Shown one piece after another: positions 1-14,099 of a stretch of 64,000 nt of DNA. The notes under the pieces are model-generated. The model was not told where the DNA came from. It searched no databases and worked only from the letters and a program-made list of their open reading frames with translations. The position numbers were made by a program, and so were the translations under genes. Numbering within the stretch: position 1 is the stretch's first letter; the number at the start of each line of letters is the position of its first letter. Source of the stretch: Trichoplax sp. H2 (Eukaryota); assembly GCA_003344405.1 (NCBI GenBank), contig NOWV01000018.1:620001-684000 (forward strand). The letters run 5' to 3'.

Positions 1-351
1 TCCTGATAGCAATTACGTAGTTATATGTTTCAATATTAGTATCTGTATCCTACTTTTTAATGTACATTCGTAATTATATTTTCTTTTCTTATAGACGTAT
101 ATAGAACTGTAGTAGTCTTTAGTTAGCTCTTGTACTATCTATCTAAAGATTGTAGTCCTGATTTTGAACTTAGATATAAGAAATAGATGTCAACTACTAT
201 ATCATTTTAGGTGCCATTGATAGTAGTGAACATTTTTATTGTCAGTATATTCTACTTACTACAATATAAAATTTATAAGCATGATTCACACAGTTGGAAT
301 GATAATGTCATACCTATCGACACTTAATATTTTATAATTGCTCATCCTTAG

Positions 352-3348
352 GACTTTCGAAAAAAGTATAACTTATGCAGGATTAATCCTAATGATAAAG
401 ATTTACAGGATGAATTGAGAAGTCGTCGATTTTATATCACTGTAAGTATCAACAAGACGATTAATGTACTACTACCAAAATTACAATTTTAAACATTTAT
501 AGCATCAATGTAAACTGATATCTTAGAAGTAGCTCTGTCTATTGAAGGGATTAGTCTTCCTGCCTTGTACCGCATTTCATATTATGTTACAATATATTGT
601 GTCGGTGTCCAAAATTTCATTCAAGAAATCAAATTTATTACTGACAATAAAAAATTATGCTAATATATTCTACCAATATTATCTTTATTTTACTTACTAC
701 TTAGCGTTTGGGCGATAAAGATCATGCTTCCGTTCTTCTACTAACGGCACATCGTTATAAGAAGGAAGAGAACTCTATTCAGACTTTTTTGAAATCAATG
801 ATATTTCAATTGGATCAAATTCTAAAAGAGTACGGCATATAATTTTTTGTGTGGTCTGCACAGTTTACGCTTGTATATTGTCCTTGTATTGTATTACTAT
901 TTTTGCAGCCTTATATAAAAATGATGTGAAGTAAAAAGTAGGCTGTATATCATTTAAGATATGTTATTGCAATATTAATTCTTGTAGTCCCCGAACAAGA
1001 CAATCTGGTGTAATATTATTAATTGACTTGACCACTGTTGGAATAACATCTGGTGAAAAAGATTTTGTCCGCACTATCTTAAAAGTTATACAGGTATATT
1101 TTCCAATAGTTATTCTCAATTTTAGTACTTGAATTAAATGTGGCACTTTTATTTAATCTCTTTTTATTTTGCTGACTTTCTATTGTGTTGGTACAGAGTA
1201 TATAGGACTAAACCATACAAGTTTAAACTGTAATCGTTTCTACTTGGCTTTTAGGGAAACTATCCGATATCTGTGAAGAAAATATTAGCTATCAATTGTA
1301 GTCTGATTTTGAGATATGCAGCAAAATTTTATTTTGAAATACTTAATCGGAAATTAAGAGATAGAGTAAGTCTTGCAGCAATTTCTATTTCCGATGTATC
1401 AATTGAAATAATTCGAGCTTACTGCACTTTTTTAGGTGGTATTCGTAGATAATAGTAGTTTGAAGAAGTTCGTACCTGAAGATGCTTTACCTAATGAATT
1501 AGGCGGAAATTCCAAATTTTGTTATAATATTTGGTTAAACAAGCTAACAAATAGTTGCCATATTTACGATGTCCAGAAGGGATTTTATTACACGCGTACA
1601 TCAGAATTGAAAAGACAAAAATCAACTGGACAAGCAGCTCTAAATTTTCAAGATCTTAAAGATCGTACCAATGACAGGGAACAACTACTAGAGGAGTATC
1701 AAGAGATTAGCAAAAAATCACGATGGGATGAAGAATCAAAAGGAATTAATTTTGAATCATCTTTGTAAGCTTGAAAATAAAATTTACTAAATTTGATGTC
1801 AATATAATATCAACATTTGAGATCATGTGTGTTTGCTAATGGAATTCCTATCTTTGTATGCAATTTATTTATTTTACTTAGAAAACCTTGTAACAGAAAG
1901 AAAAATAGATACCAGAATATCCTTTGCCTAGAAAGTAGTCGTGTGCGTTTACCTAAAGATATTGGAGATGACAACAGCAATGAGGTAGGGTGTAATAGTT
2001 TAGTTACGTCTTGATCTTGTAGTTTTTTTTCAATTATAAAACCAGTGAAGCTCACAATGTTTAGAAATACTAATTAAGATTATAAAAAATTACACCAGCT
2101 GTTCAATCGATTAATATGTATTGAAATTATTTTTTCAGGATTGTTCTTATATACATGCGAATTATGTCAATGGATATAGCAATGGTAACGCATATATTGC
2201 AACTCAAGGTAAAATAATGCATGGATACAGGGTCCTTTAAATGTAAATTTCCTTCATTCTATTTTTATGGGATTGTAGCGAAAGGTTTATTTTTTTGTAT
2301 TATTGTGATTGTGTTGTTTTGCTATCCAAGTACTATATTTGATTAAGGATTGGAGCATTTTTCGGTGTTACTGTGTGTTAATTGCTGTAAAGGTTATGAA
2401 ATTAATTTTACTAAAGATGGCTAGCACCTAAACTAATGTACTTACTGACCCACTGTATGTATATCGTGTATGTATCTTAGGACCTCTGCCAGATACAATG
2501 ACAGATTTTTGGAAAATGATTTGGGCTGAAAAAGTTAATATTATCGTCATGTTAGCAAGGTAGAACTCTCGATCTGCGGTTAGATAAGTAATCGATGTAT
2601 TCTCGACTCATTAAAGTAATCTTTGTTCAATTAGATTATATGAAAATGGCCGCGTTAAATGCTCCCAATACTGGCCTAATGACGGCGAGATTTTGATTTA
2701 TGGCAAATTAACTGTTGAACACGAATCGACAACTGAAAAGGAACATTATGTCTTGCATAAACTTAGCATATATTGCGAGGAATCGGAAGGATCGGTATGG
2801 TAATAGTTACAGTATTGGTATTGATATCCGTATGTTCTTATAAAATGAAAAAGTCATTTATAGATTCTTTTTAGTTCAATCTATTATTGTGCTAAATAAA
2901 ATAGTAATTTCTTTAATTGATGGGTAATTAATTGTAGCTCAGTACCCGATGCATTTACCTATTTCGGTTTACGTCTTGGCCTGATTTCGGTATTCCTCCT
3001 AGTGCTTCTCCATTATTGAAAATGATCGAAAACATCAATCACCTTAATAGAAGTGTAAATTCTTCAGTTGATGATAACACTAACAGTAAAGAGCAGCCTT
3101 TACCACCAATTGTTATCCATTGTAGTGCAGGCGTTGGTAGAACGGGTACCTATGCTACAGTTGATATTTGCTGTCAGCAGTTTGCAAAGACAAGGAAAGT
3201 CAATATTATGGAAACTGTTTGTGCGATTCGAAGCCAAAGAGATGCCATGATACAAACATGGCAACAGTATGAATTTTGCTACAAAGCTGTATTAGAGTTT
3301 GCAGAAAAAAATGTATCTCCTACTACCAATTCATTAAGTGAAGAATAG
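352..3348 (+). CDS. PTPN9: Tyrosine-protein phosphatase non-receptor type 9 (PTP-MEG2): CRAL-TRIO/Sec14 domain plus classical PTP domain; multi-exon, N-terminus lies upstream of the window
   Basis: Spliced exons give a Sec14-like region (SMIFQLDQILK, GVILLIDLT, GNYPISVKKIL, KLRDRVVF, VPEDALPNELGG). This is followed by PTP motifs KNRYQNILC, YIHANYVNG, YIATQGPLPDTMTDFWKMIW, KCSQYWP, WPDFG, IHCSAGVGRTG and MIQTWQQYEFCY. Stop TAG at 3346-3348. The Sec14+PTP combination is diagnostic of PTPN9. Confidence 0.93.
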
Positions 3349-4379
3349 CGTGCGATTGATTGTACATGAAAGGAAGATTTGAGGTAGATTAATTTCATTC
3401 AATTTTTAATGTATTTTCTACAGTTGGAGTAGCCTATAAGAATGGATGATGGCATACATGCTCAATTGAAAAATTTAAAGTTTATTACGCTACAGTAAGT
3501 CTATTTATAACGACGATAATTCTACACTACGTCGTATATTGCTCAGGCATGAACCTTTGAAATGACAATTGCGCTATCGCACTGTAGATATCTACGACTT
3601 TGTACTATAGACTATAATCTGATAATCACATACTAGCATAAACCCATTGTGTTAGTAGTCCTTTATGAACCAAGCACTTTATAATATTATTCGCTGTAAA
3701 AAATTGAATTATGTTGATACGAAAAACTTGCTACTTTCGTATCTTGAATTTACCCATGAAATTAAACTGTACAATTGTGCAAGCCAAGCTTTAAAATATT
3801 TTTAGCAAACCATATAATAATATGACATTTTTGTTTCATTGGAAGTTATTTACTAGTAATTTTATCGGTACAATATTAACAAACCAACTTTATGTATTTT
3901 TTTATTAATTTTCAAAGAAATATAACATAATATGATGCCATGGACCAATAATAATATTAAGGTTGATTGTAGTAGACAATAGATATTAGTTTGCATGTAG
4001 TTGAGGTAACCATAAGTTATTTAAATATACACATAACGATGGCATCATATTCTATGCGAATTATTTTGTGAGCAGGATCACGAGGTTAACAATATTAATT
4101 TAATTATTGCTGTAATTTTAAGAAATAAAGCTCGACCTGTATTCAAAGTTTTATTGGTAGGGAGCATATTTACTGATTCCAGATAGCGTCATCAAGGTAC
4201 ACCATACTGTTGGCAAAGTCATAACTAATGAATAGTGCATGGCAGAGTGCAGTATCGGTAATACGAGTAATGTCAAGGTAGGATTCCATAGTTGTATATG
4301 ATCATTTGTGTTTACTACCGTGGAAATAAAGCGTAACTATAGTGTTTATCAGTTAATACTACCATAGAAGTAGTATGCA

Positions 4380-4850
4380 TAAATAGTTAGTTTGAGCTAC
4401 AGGCGTACGAGTATATAAATGCCTACGAGCGTTATGCATACATTTTTTCCATTAAGAAGAAAGAAGAAGCTGCATGTTATTGTAAAATAGAGCAGTACGC
4501 TTCAATAGCAGCTAGTTTGAACTACAGGTATACATACGAATCTAGAAATATCTATGAGCGTTGTAGTTATTGACTTGGAGAAGAAAGAGGAGAAACTACG
4601 TGTAGATTGCTGTCTGCGTATAATTGTTCGATGGAGTGCGTGATTTGCTTTAGTTATGGACTGTAAAAAAGTAATATTTGAAAGTTTATCTGTTAAGAAC
4701 ACCTCTGAGCGTACAGTTGTCATGTATACTCGTATGAAGAAGAAGAGGTGAAACTGTATGTGGATTGCCATCTATTACTGCAAACTGTAGTTTGAGTTAG
4801 TAAGGCAAGCAAAGCTCATTCGCATATGGATTGCTGTTTATTCATAATTA
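4380..4850. repeat. Degenerate tandem repeat, 3-4 copies of about 125-150 bp
   Basis: Recurring blocks tagtttga(g/a)ctacagg ... gagcgt ... gaagaa(a/g)ga..gaa(a/g)ct(g/a)..tgt.gattgc near 4388, 4513, 4700 and 4788. Confidence 0.55.
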
Positions 4851-5239
4851 TGACCACGGCTAGTCTACAAGATCAAGTCTATAACTAGTTACAGTGGATG
4901 CCTACAGGGAAAAAACACAGTGTATATGTACACGCTATTTTAAGTTGATCTTTGCCAAGCGTAGAAATTATTCATTTGAATATATGCAGTATGGAATGGA
5001 GATTCCTTTTTGCTGCTGTAAGATAGAGTCATGAACTCCTGGATGCATGTAAGAATAGTCCATGATCGAGTTGATGAAAAATTGATAGACCTTGATCACT
5101 AAGCAGTGAGCAGGCATCGTGGAAAGGAATATTTTAAGTTTGTCTTATAAGTGGAGCTAATTCATTATTTATTGAATTAATTTGTAATGCATTTTATTTT
5201 CATACAAAACATTCCCTTATTCTTAATTTTCCCTTGATC

Positions 5240-7200
5240 ATATTATATATATAACATATATATATTATATAATTAGCTCATTGACAGTATATCCCTCCAT
5301 GATACCTGTGGCCTCTAAATTGAACAGCCACTCGAGCACTCTGCCGGAGGATTGGTGCAGAACATCCGTCCACCAGCTGTCTGTAACAGGAAAAGTAAAA
5401 AAAAAAGCCCATAGTAATTCTCGCTCTATTAGAGTATTAACAGGCTTTAGTATAGGTTAGAATGCACTACGCCGTACACTACTTTGCAGTTATTGGCCAG
5501 ACTACATTGATATCAATCCACCAACAGGGCTGATTCTTGATAGTAAAATATACAACACTGACTACTGTATAAAACACCATACTGGACATCCATCATGGTA
5601 GCCGAGCAGAGCCAATTCCATGGCAACTGGCCATTTCGACAGTCTAACGTCTAGTATCCAGTATAAGCTATCCATCGTTTCCACGCGCTCTTTTACTTGG
5701 CAAGTCTAAGCTGCAGTGTGGCGCCTCCAATTTGATGACAAATATCCAGTTAATCCTTGCCAATTATCGTTGAAGATCTTCCCTACATTACACAGCGATC
5801 TTTTCTACCTATTGTATTGAAGATGATTTTTACTTTGGTAAGAAAAATTTGCATTGTATGACGATGATCATTTGTATGATGGAATGTTAGCATAGCAAGA
5901 TGGAGTTCAATGGCAACGTTAGTCAATATGTTGATGAATGACAATTTGTTGATATTGATCGCTTTAAATTGGATTAATTCTGATAGGGAAGTATAGAAGA
6001 TTTAGTCTTAGTTAGAGAAATGAGTTTATAGACTCTCCTTGATGCTGTCACTTGTGGTAATAAGATCGATTAGTTGTAGGCCTTTAGTCATTTTCAATTG
6101 GACCAATACTGTTCTGTATGGTCAGTAGTGATGATGATACAATGCAAAATCTGTTCATGTCCTAGTTACATTGGCTTAGTTTTAACAAGGAGATGTAGGA
6201 TATTGGTTGGCAAATGAATTTATAAGTTCTCTTGTATTGTGATGAGTTAGGAATGAGTATGAGTCTTGTTGATTTTCACTTGGTAATCCAAACAACGGTG
6301 ATGATGATGTACACAGACTGACTATAGGATCATCAATAATACCTTAAGATTCTACTTATATTCTCCTTGTTGGATTGGATTATGTCGAATCGGGAGGTAT
6401 AGAGCATTTATTTCCAGTTAGAAAAATGATCTATTTCACTCTATTGGATAGTAGTAATATAGCCATTAGCAGTTGTCTGGATGCAGTTTCAATTCTAGTA
6501 TGGAGAGATAGAGCATTCACTTCTAATGAGAAATAATGTAGGCTGTAAACTCCTTTTCAATCTGAAGGAGAATTAGTCTTGATTTTCTATTTGTAAAGGA
6601 TGTTGAGATAATGATGATGTTATAGGATCATCAATAGATAATCTGCCTATGTAGTTCTAGTTGCATTTGATTAGTGCTAATATGGAGGTAGAGAAGATCA
6701 GTTCATAAACTCTCCTTGATCCAACTCTAGTAGTAGTATAGGATTTGTTATTACTTATTAGTTTTACTGATTTTCGATTCATGAAGGACGCAAAGATGAT
6801 CGTAATGACGATGAATATGGATGCTATCATGTAATTCATGACTATATCCAATAGATAGCTTTCATCATCGAATCTACTCATACTATAAAAATTGAGTTTT
6901 AACGTATATCTCTGTTCCTAATACCCTATTACATAGGATTACAATAGTAAAAGAAAATAGAAGCTAGAGAATAAATATACATTTTAATGAAGCTAGAGGG
7001 GGAACCGATCAATTTGTTAGCATAGAATGACTGACTAGCACGTCTTCCTCTAAATGTAGAAGATGATTCGAGTTGTCTTATTGGCTTAACTTTAATTCTA
7101 TCATTACGTATAGGCCAAGTCATATTCATTCATCAGCATTGGTCTTTAATAATATCGGACTTGTTTCTTTTACTGATTTCATTTACAAGAGGCAATAGAA
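5240..7200 (-). mobile_element. Decayed, 5'-truncated non-LTR retrotransposon (L1/Tx1-like ORF2 C-terminal part plus putative 3' UTR)
   Basis: Intron-free, strand-biased segment full of stops and frameshifts. Minus-strand remnants: a post-RT-like stretch (MTWPIRNDRI...FYANKL...FIKMY), SRRVYELIF, a zf-RVT-like FSFRLKRSLQPTLFLIRSECSISPY*N*NC, and YIIITVVWITK. These are followed by a GC-richer segment and a TA-rich tail near 5240-5275. Confidence 0.5.
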
Positions 7201-8603
7201 ATTTCTCAACGTACCGTCGATAATCATTCGAAACGATTGCCTCAAAATAGATCATTTTAACATGCAACTGCCTTATGATACTCCAATCCTGACAGATAGC
7301 TGGCTTACGACATGCGTCACTCGGGGTGTCTGAATTTTGTATTTGATATTAATTGAAATTAAATATCCTTCTGTGACTTTATTAATAATTTTGTTCTAAC
7401 ACACATACTGTCCTAAAATAGAGGGGAAAAAATGCTTATTCACGCTCTATTCGTTAACCTTCAGTATACAGAACTGCGCAACGGTAAAACTGTACTTGTA
7501 CTCGTAGATCGGGCTCATCAGTTAAACATCAATTATACTACCTTTCCATATAGACGTGCATATCTACGAAACGTAATTTCTCAACTTAATAACGATAAAC
7601 TTTTAATCGATGCTCACAGTCCATGACGTTTTCTGTTATTCATTTCTATTATCCAAAATATTCACAGTGATGTTAACTCATGTTACATGACCTTTTCCTA
7701 ACATTTGTTTTTCCTACCAACTATGACGTAACTATTAAGAAATAAAGTATAAATTAGTATACATCCAAAACTAACATCGTATTAAGGCAATTCCGCGGAA
7801 AAGGATACTTGTCCTCCTCCCTTCCCGGCTCGCTTTTGTCATATTATCATTGAAATCCCCTGATTGAGCTATGGAAAGTAATTCATTGATAATATAGTGA
7901 CATAAATCTCACCTTGACTAATTTTTCATCAAGTCAAATTATAGATTATCATAGTATAAACACTTAATCTTACGTAAGATGATAACTAAACAATTTTCTT
8001 CATCCTTGACAATTTTAACACAAATCAACTGTACTGTATAAACAATTGTTGCTAGTGCAAAATCATTTCCAGGTAATCTTAGAATCTTCATGGTTTAAAC
8101 AGTTACTCAAATACCTACTTTAATGGCTGATCAATTATGAAAGATTGAAAATCTTTATAAAACATACCTTGATGGGATAGATTTAGGAATATAACATGAT
8201 AGCAACGTACAATCGATTAATTACTTATTTATGCAATATTCAATATTACCAAAATGAGAATAGTAATCCATCATCATAATAAAAATAACCGTAAATTGTT
8301 TAATAATACTGGGGTAAGAATTATAATAGATTATTATTATTATTGAAAAAGGCCTTTGTGTCATACGAGTACCTTGTAATTTCTCATCGTAACAGTAATT
8401 TATTTATTTACTTTGAAATGGCAAATTTGTAGCATTTAATTTTATGTAATTAATTAAAGTAATATGTTTATACATTAGGATACATTATTATATTTTCCTA
8501 ATCGATTACAATCTAATTTTGAATTTTATGAATAAGAAAGAATATTTTATGTAATATTATACTTTCGTTGTCATTATTTACGAGTTTATTCTACGCGACC
8601 AAT

Positions 8604-11600
8604 ATGGTGAAATGGATAGGCCAAATCGAGACAGAAATTTCACCTTTTTGCTTCTCTTGATATGCACGTGTAACAATTTACTAAGCTTCGATATAAAGTA
8701 TAATTTCGATCATATGTAACGTTTATAGAAATGAGATATCCTAATTATTAAATGCCAATCGATCTTAGCTGCGTGCCCTCAAATTTATAAAGATTACTTG
8801 AGTGAATTGGATGAAATTTTTTTATTTATTTAGGAAAAAGAAAAACATCAAGCGCAGATTGATAATTTATTTAGCTCTTCAATAGAAGAAAGGAAGGCAA
8901 CTGTAGTGTAAGTTTACTAAATATATCACGCTATTGCTATTTAGAGATTCAATAGTTTTCCGAATGACATGGCATGAGCATTCACTACCTCTTAAATCTA
9001 AGTATATCTTGTTAAATGATGTTCATTTTTAGCTACGTGCACAATATAAGTATTGTTTATTTGTTGTTTAATTTAATTAATCCTACATACCTCTGCCCTG
9101 TTAGAACATATTTTTATATTAATTTATAGACTATGATAGCAAACTTGTTGATAGTGATTTTATTACTGTTCGATGTGATGTATATGATACAGCATGATGT
9201 ACCCTTAAATATTATTTGCCTACTTATCATTTCTTTCTTATGGATATATTTTAAAGTGACATCAAGAATGTTGTTATTGGCGATGTTACTAAGAAAGTTG
9301 CATATGTAGATTTAGGAATAATACCCAGGTAAATTATTAGTGATATTAATTGCTATAAAGAAGTAGATGTTGAACGATAGTTATGTCATAGGTCATTGCG
9401 TGACATTTGGATGCTGTAATTAAAAGTTTACCGCATTAATGTGCACGTATAAAAAAATGTAGTCAAGTCTTAACATGTACATTATTATTTCTATTGATAG
9501 GTTACTACATCTAATGGTCCAGGACAATGATTGCAAATGGATAATAATTGAATCGACAATAATTCTTGGAAGCTTGAGTAAAGGTAACTATCTAAGGATT
9601 ATTACATATTTCTGTTCTGACTAATATCTAACCTTAAATTTCGATAAAAAATTAATAGAAAGGCAAATTATGGAAAAGATTCTACAAACGCAGGCCTTAC
9701 CCATCGTTATTAAAGGTATTGTCTACACGTAATATATTGAAAATAACTGCGTTTAAATCATACCATAGCTTCATGAAAGTGAATATGGCGAAAATTCTCA
9801 TAGACTCTTTTAATAGCTATTATATAATTAATGTATTACTGTCATAATTTATTGTAGGATTATTTCATGATGATCATGACGTTGTAACGGCTTCATTACG
9901 CACATTAAGAAATTTCTATCTTTCTGATCTGACACCGAGTGAACCTTTATATGAAGAAGTAACAGCATCTTTTGCATATTAAATCGATAGTACTATCAAT
10001 TTCTGAATTTGTGATCTAAGAATGAACGGCTAAACAATAATAAATAATTCGCCAATATTTTAGAATTCAGCTGGGATTATTAAGCTTTTACAACTATTAT
10101 CACGTTCTCGCGTACATTCAGAATATGCGACTTTGATCCTATCCAATTGCTGCAGGGTACTAATAGTTCATTAATCATCTTGCTATTGCATTTTTCATAG
10201 TGCTGATTTAGTGACCACATGTAATTACTTGATTTTTACATTATAGAACTCGGAACAACAAGTAATTTTGTTTAGTGCCAATGCAGTTGACATTCTAAAG
10301 CCGCTATTGGAATATAAATCGGAAAAGGTAATTACTATTGTTTCTTACGTTATCGTACAGAAAGCAAGCTAAAATTATGCCATCGTACGTTAATTAATTA
10401 GATAAGTGTTTAAACGCAAAGAACTTAATGCAACTTCCCGCTTTTGACAAATGGTCTATTTTTTATAAAGATCTTAGCTCCAACATTATCTTGTTTTGCA
10501 ACCTTGGCATATAAAAATGGAACAATTGCTGAAATAATTGCAAAAAGTTAGTAAATTTATACTATTTTTATCATTTCTCTTCGTTAGTGAAACTTGGCTA
10601 AAATTTTGTAAGGCTATGATTTGAGCTATGTGTACTAAAATTTCAGTTTTTAATTTGTACCAACAGCTGAAGAATCTGGCAAGACATTAGTGGAGATTTT
10701 CGGAGGAATGATAAGCAGAGACAAGTCACTCTACCTTCAGTTCCTCGCTGCAAAGTGGTGAGCGATCTAGTTGCAATGTATTGCTGAAGAATTGATTCGC
10801 ATGAGTTTTACTGACTGCTGTTTTCTTATTTTCATTTAGTCTCACGTACTTATGTCGTACTGGGGTTATTTCAAGTGATAGAGTTTTAATTCGTTTGAAG
10901 GTATCCTCTTTATTCTACCGTTAGTAGATTGATAATAGTACGGCAAGAGATTATAATGAAACACTTGATATAAATAATTTCATAGGTTATGCCAACTTTA
11001 GCCCGCATGTGTAAGGGGGATAATCCTCCTAGGATACAGTATCTAGCCGCAGATATATTATCTTACCTCTTGGAAGATGACCAGGAATTACAAGAACTAG
11101 CAATGTATACGAATCACCTTTTGCGCAGTATTTCGCGATATCTAAAGAGAACTGAACTTGATCCAGACACTTTCTCCTACATGAAACAGGTTTGAATTAA
11201 CACTTTCCGATTAATAATAGCAGATTATCTTAACAATTTGAAACTATACCGCTACCATTTTGGGCAATATCTAGGGTGCATTCCATGTCTTTGCTGCGTT
11301 ATGTGCTCATAGTGAAACTAGCAGGAAAAAGGTAATGTACTATTGTGATTTAACTTCTCCATCTAATGAACTAGATTTAGAATATTTCCGCAGTTGCAGA
11401 TGTTATTTAAATGAATTGGATTATGCAAAAGTAGTTTTGTAAAGCAAATATTTTGGGATTGCATTTTAGGTCACAGAAATTGAACCACACATAATAAAAC
11501 ATGTCGTTAGAGGTTTAGAAGATTCTAATTATAAAGTGAAGCACGCAGCTGCCAAGTAATAAAATATACCAGCAATCGTCAAATATACGCCTACCATACG

Positions 11601-13554
11601 AAACCATCAGAACCGTATTTAAACTTAATGATTTTATATTGTATCTGTTTTTACTACAGTTGCCTTCTTAGCTTTTCTCGGTCTGTACAGCAGTTACGAA
11701 CAAATCTTAGTGATAATGAAGTCTGGAAGCCTGTGTGGAAGGTATAATGTGACGCACAAATATTCCTTCGCTACTGCATTGATAATTTTAATCTGCTTTT
11801 GTAGATTCTTAATGAAGATAAAAATATTTCGGAAGAATTGTTAACAATCTTGAGTGCTGTTATCTGCAATCTTGTACTTGACTTTTCTCCGGCTAGAAAG
11901 GTATCCTCCGCGTAATTATTATATTTCATGATAATGTCTGATATATGATAGATGTAGTGACCAATTGCCAATATTACGCCGAGTGTGTAAGATCGCAATA
12001 ATGCTCCTTTTTGACACTTTTTATTATCATTTTGTCTATCATCATTTGTAGTCGTTATTGAAAGTCCCTATTTTAAAATTTCTATCCACTCTTGCTCAAC
12101 ATGAGTCGAAGAGCATTCAACTCAATGCCCTTTGGGCGTATATGGTATGAGAAATATATACGTGCACGTACGATGGGTTATACGATATAGCGTATTTACT
12201 GTTATTACTACTAATATTATTATTACCCACTATGGATGTATTTGCAGTTAGGTAACTATTTCCGTATTTTTGATAGAACTTATCACATGGGACCGATATA
12301 GATACGAAATGTAACATAATACTATCATTGTCACCTCAACAACTTTTTGAGTAAGAGCTAACTATAAAAAGCTACTATTTGAAATGACTTTTCGACTTTC
12401 GTTGATATAAATACTTGCTTTAATTTTCATTGCCATCTGCAGTAGTTTACAAAATTTCATAAGTTATTATGAGTTAGTAATCTAGTGTCTAGAGTGTGTT
12501 GTAAGAAATAGTTAGATATGAAAAGTGCTAATTTTTAATTATTTACTCTAATTATAACTGTGTATGTTACTTTTTATATTATGTGATGGAACAGATTTTT
12601 GAACATAGAATATTTACGGACTGTTGATGGCAAAGCACGAATTTTAAAATGTCTTGGGTTGCTACGAAATATCTTATGTTCAACAGAAGTAAGAGTTATG
12701 TGCACAATAATTCAGATTCGCAAATGAAAATGGTTAATACTGTTTTATTATTCTTACAAGGATGCTGATTTCATTATGGGACTTCACGGATGCAATATTG
12801 TGGCTGCGTTAAGATCAATTATTCTCTCGAATGACTATGATAAGGAGATTCTTGAGCAGGTAAAATTTACCTACTGTAGTACTGCTACTAACTGTACGCT
12901 GTACTGGAGGAAATATTAATGCAGTAATTACATTCTTTGGGGGTAGACGTTATGTGTAGTATTGAATATGGCGAGTGCTGGGGTAGCCACGAAGGAATTG
13001 ATGGCAGCTGATGATGACTTATTGAAAGCTATCTTAACGTTAATGGTACGTGAACGCATGAGATTATTTGTATGTATTTGTTACTCATAAACTCTAAACT
13101 AATTTTGCAAAATCGAATTTAGTCATGCGAGAAATCTGGGATACAATTAGCGGCTTGCCGCGTAGTTTCAAATCTCATCTCCAACATGCATGAAGGTATT
13201 TAGATCAAAATACTAAATTTTCGAACTGGTACTGGTGTATGATTATGCGTACTTTTAGAGTAATTTTAATTTCTACATATATGGTGAGTGACCTGATTTG
13301 TGTTTTGACGTTCATGATTTTAAATAATGCAATCTAGGAGCATCAAGTCGAAGGCATAAATTAAGCGAATTAGGCATCCAAAAGACATTGCAGTCGTTAA
13401 TATCATCATGTTCGGATAGTAACCTCTTCGACATGTAGGTCACCGTTTCATTATGAAAACGATTAATCATATTAGCGCTTATTTAACAAAATTTTTCCGT
13501 GTTTTATGTAATAGCATCAAGACGATAATGCAACAATTAAAACTAATTACATAA
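8604..13554 (+). CDS. ARMC8: Armadillo repeat-containing protein 8 (GID5, CTLH E3 ligase subunit); roughly 20 exons; start codon tentative
   Basis: Exons read DIKNVVIGDVTKKVAYVDLGIIPRLL, CLLSFSRSVQQLRTNL, LSAVICNLVLDFSP, LNALWAYMNLS, KCLGLLRNIL and SDSNLFDIIKTIMQQL, matching ARMC8. ATG|gt at 8604 is phase-compatible with the exon at 8834. Stop TAA at 13552-13554. Confidence 0.9.
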
Positions 13555-14099
13555 AAGAAAAAGAAAGCAAGCTCTCCAGCTGCGATAGAACTTTCGCGCG
13601 AGATAGATATATTTTGTTTGGTTTTCCATTGCATGTAATTATTATTGTAAAGCGTATTCATAATATGATCAATATAATTGGGACTAGATGATGGAAAAAC
13701 GATTTTTGTACTGGCATTTTTTAGCGTTGGAGCTAAAATATTTCTGTTTGACTGCATAAATGTAGTGTATACTGTATAGTTGAGATCATTATCTAATGGT
13801 AATTTTTATGATCTGTAAGCAATGGATCATTATAAGTCTAAATTTTTCAACGACTATTTGCTTATAATAATTCTCGAGCCATAAACCAATTTCAAATTCA
13901 CAAACCATTTCTTCATGGTAACAATAGTTACGAGGGCAATATCACCGATAGATACAGTAAAATTTGAATAATAATATTTACTATACTCTTTTCCATTGTG
14001 CATGTTACCACCTAACCATTTAAATTTGGACCTACGAGTATTACATTTAGATAATGCTGTCGTATTGACAAAGTGTCTGCTGCTTTTGACTATTAACCA

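Noticed and set aside
7871-7877. ATG at 7871 as the ARMC8 start
   Set aside because: ATGGAAA|gt is phase 1, while the first conserved exon at 8834 needs phase 0. It is more likely 5' UTR.
12595-12690. Apparent in-frame TGA (possible selenocysteine) in an ARMC8 exon
   Set aside because: It appears only with the acceptor at about 12608. The upstream cag acceptor at 12594 gives an open frame (FLNIEYLRTVDGKARILKCLG).
13479-13757. Minus-strand ORF sharing ILAPTL with an ARMC8 exon
   Set aside because: The match is only about 11 nt, lies in the convergent 3' UTR region, and is consistent with chance.
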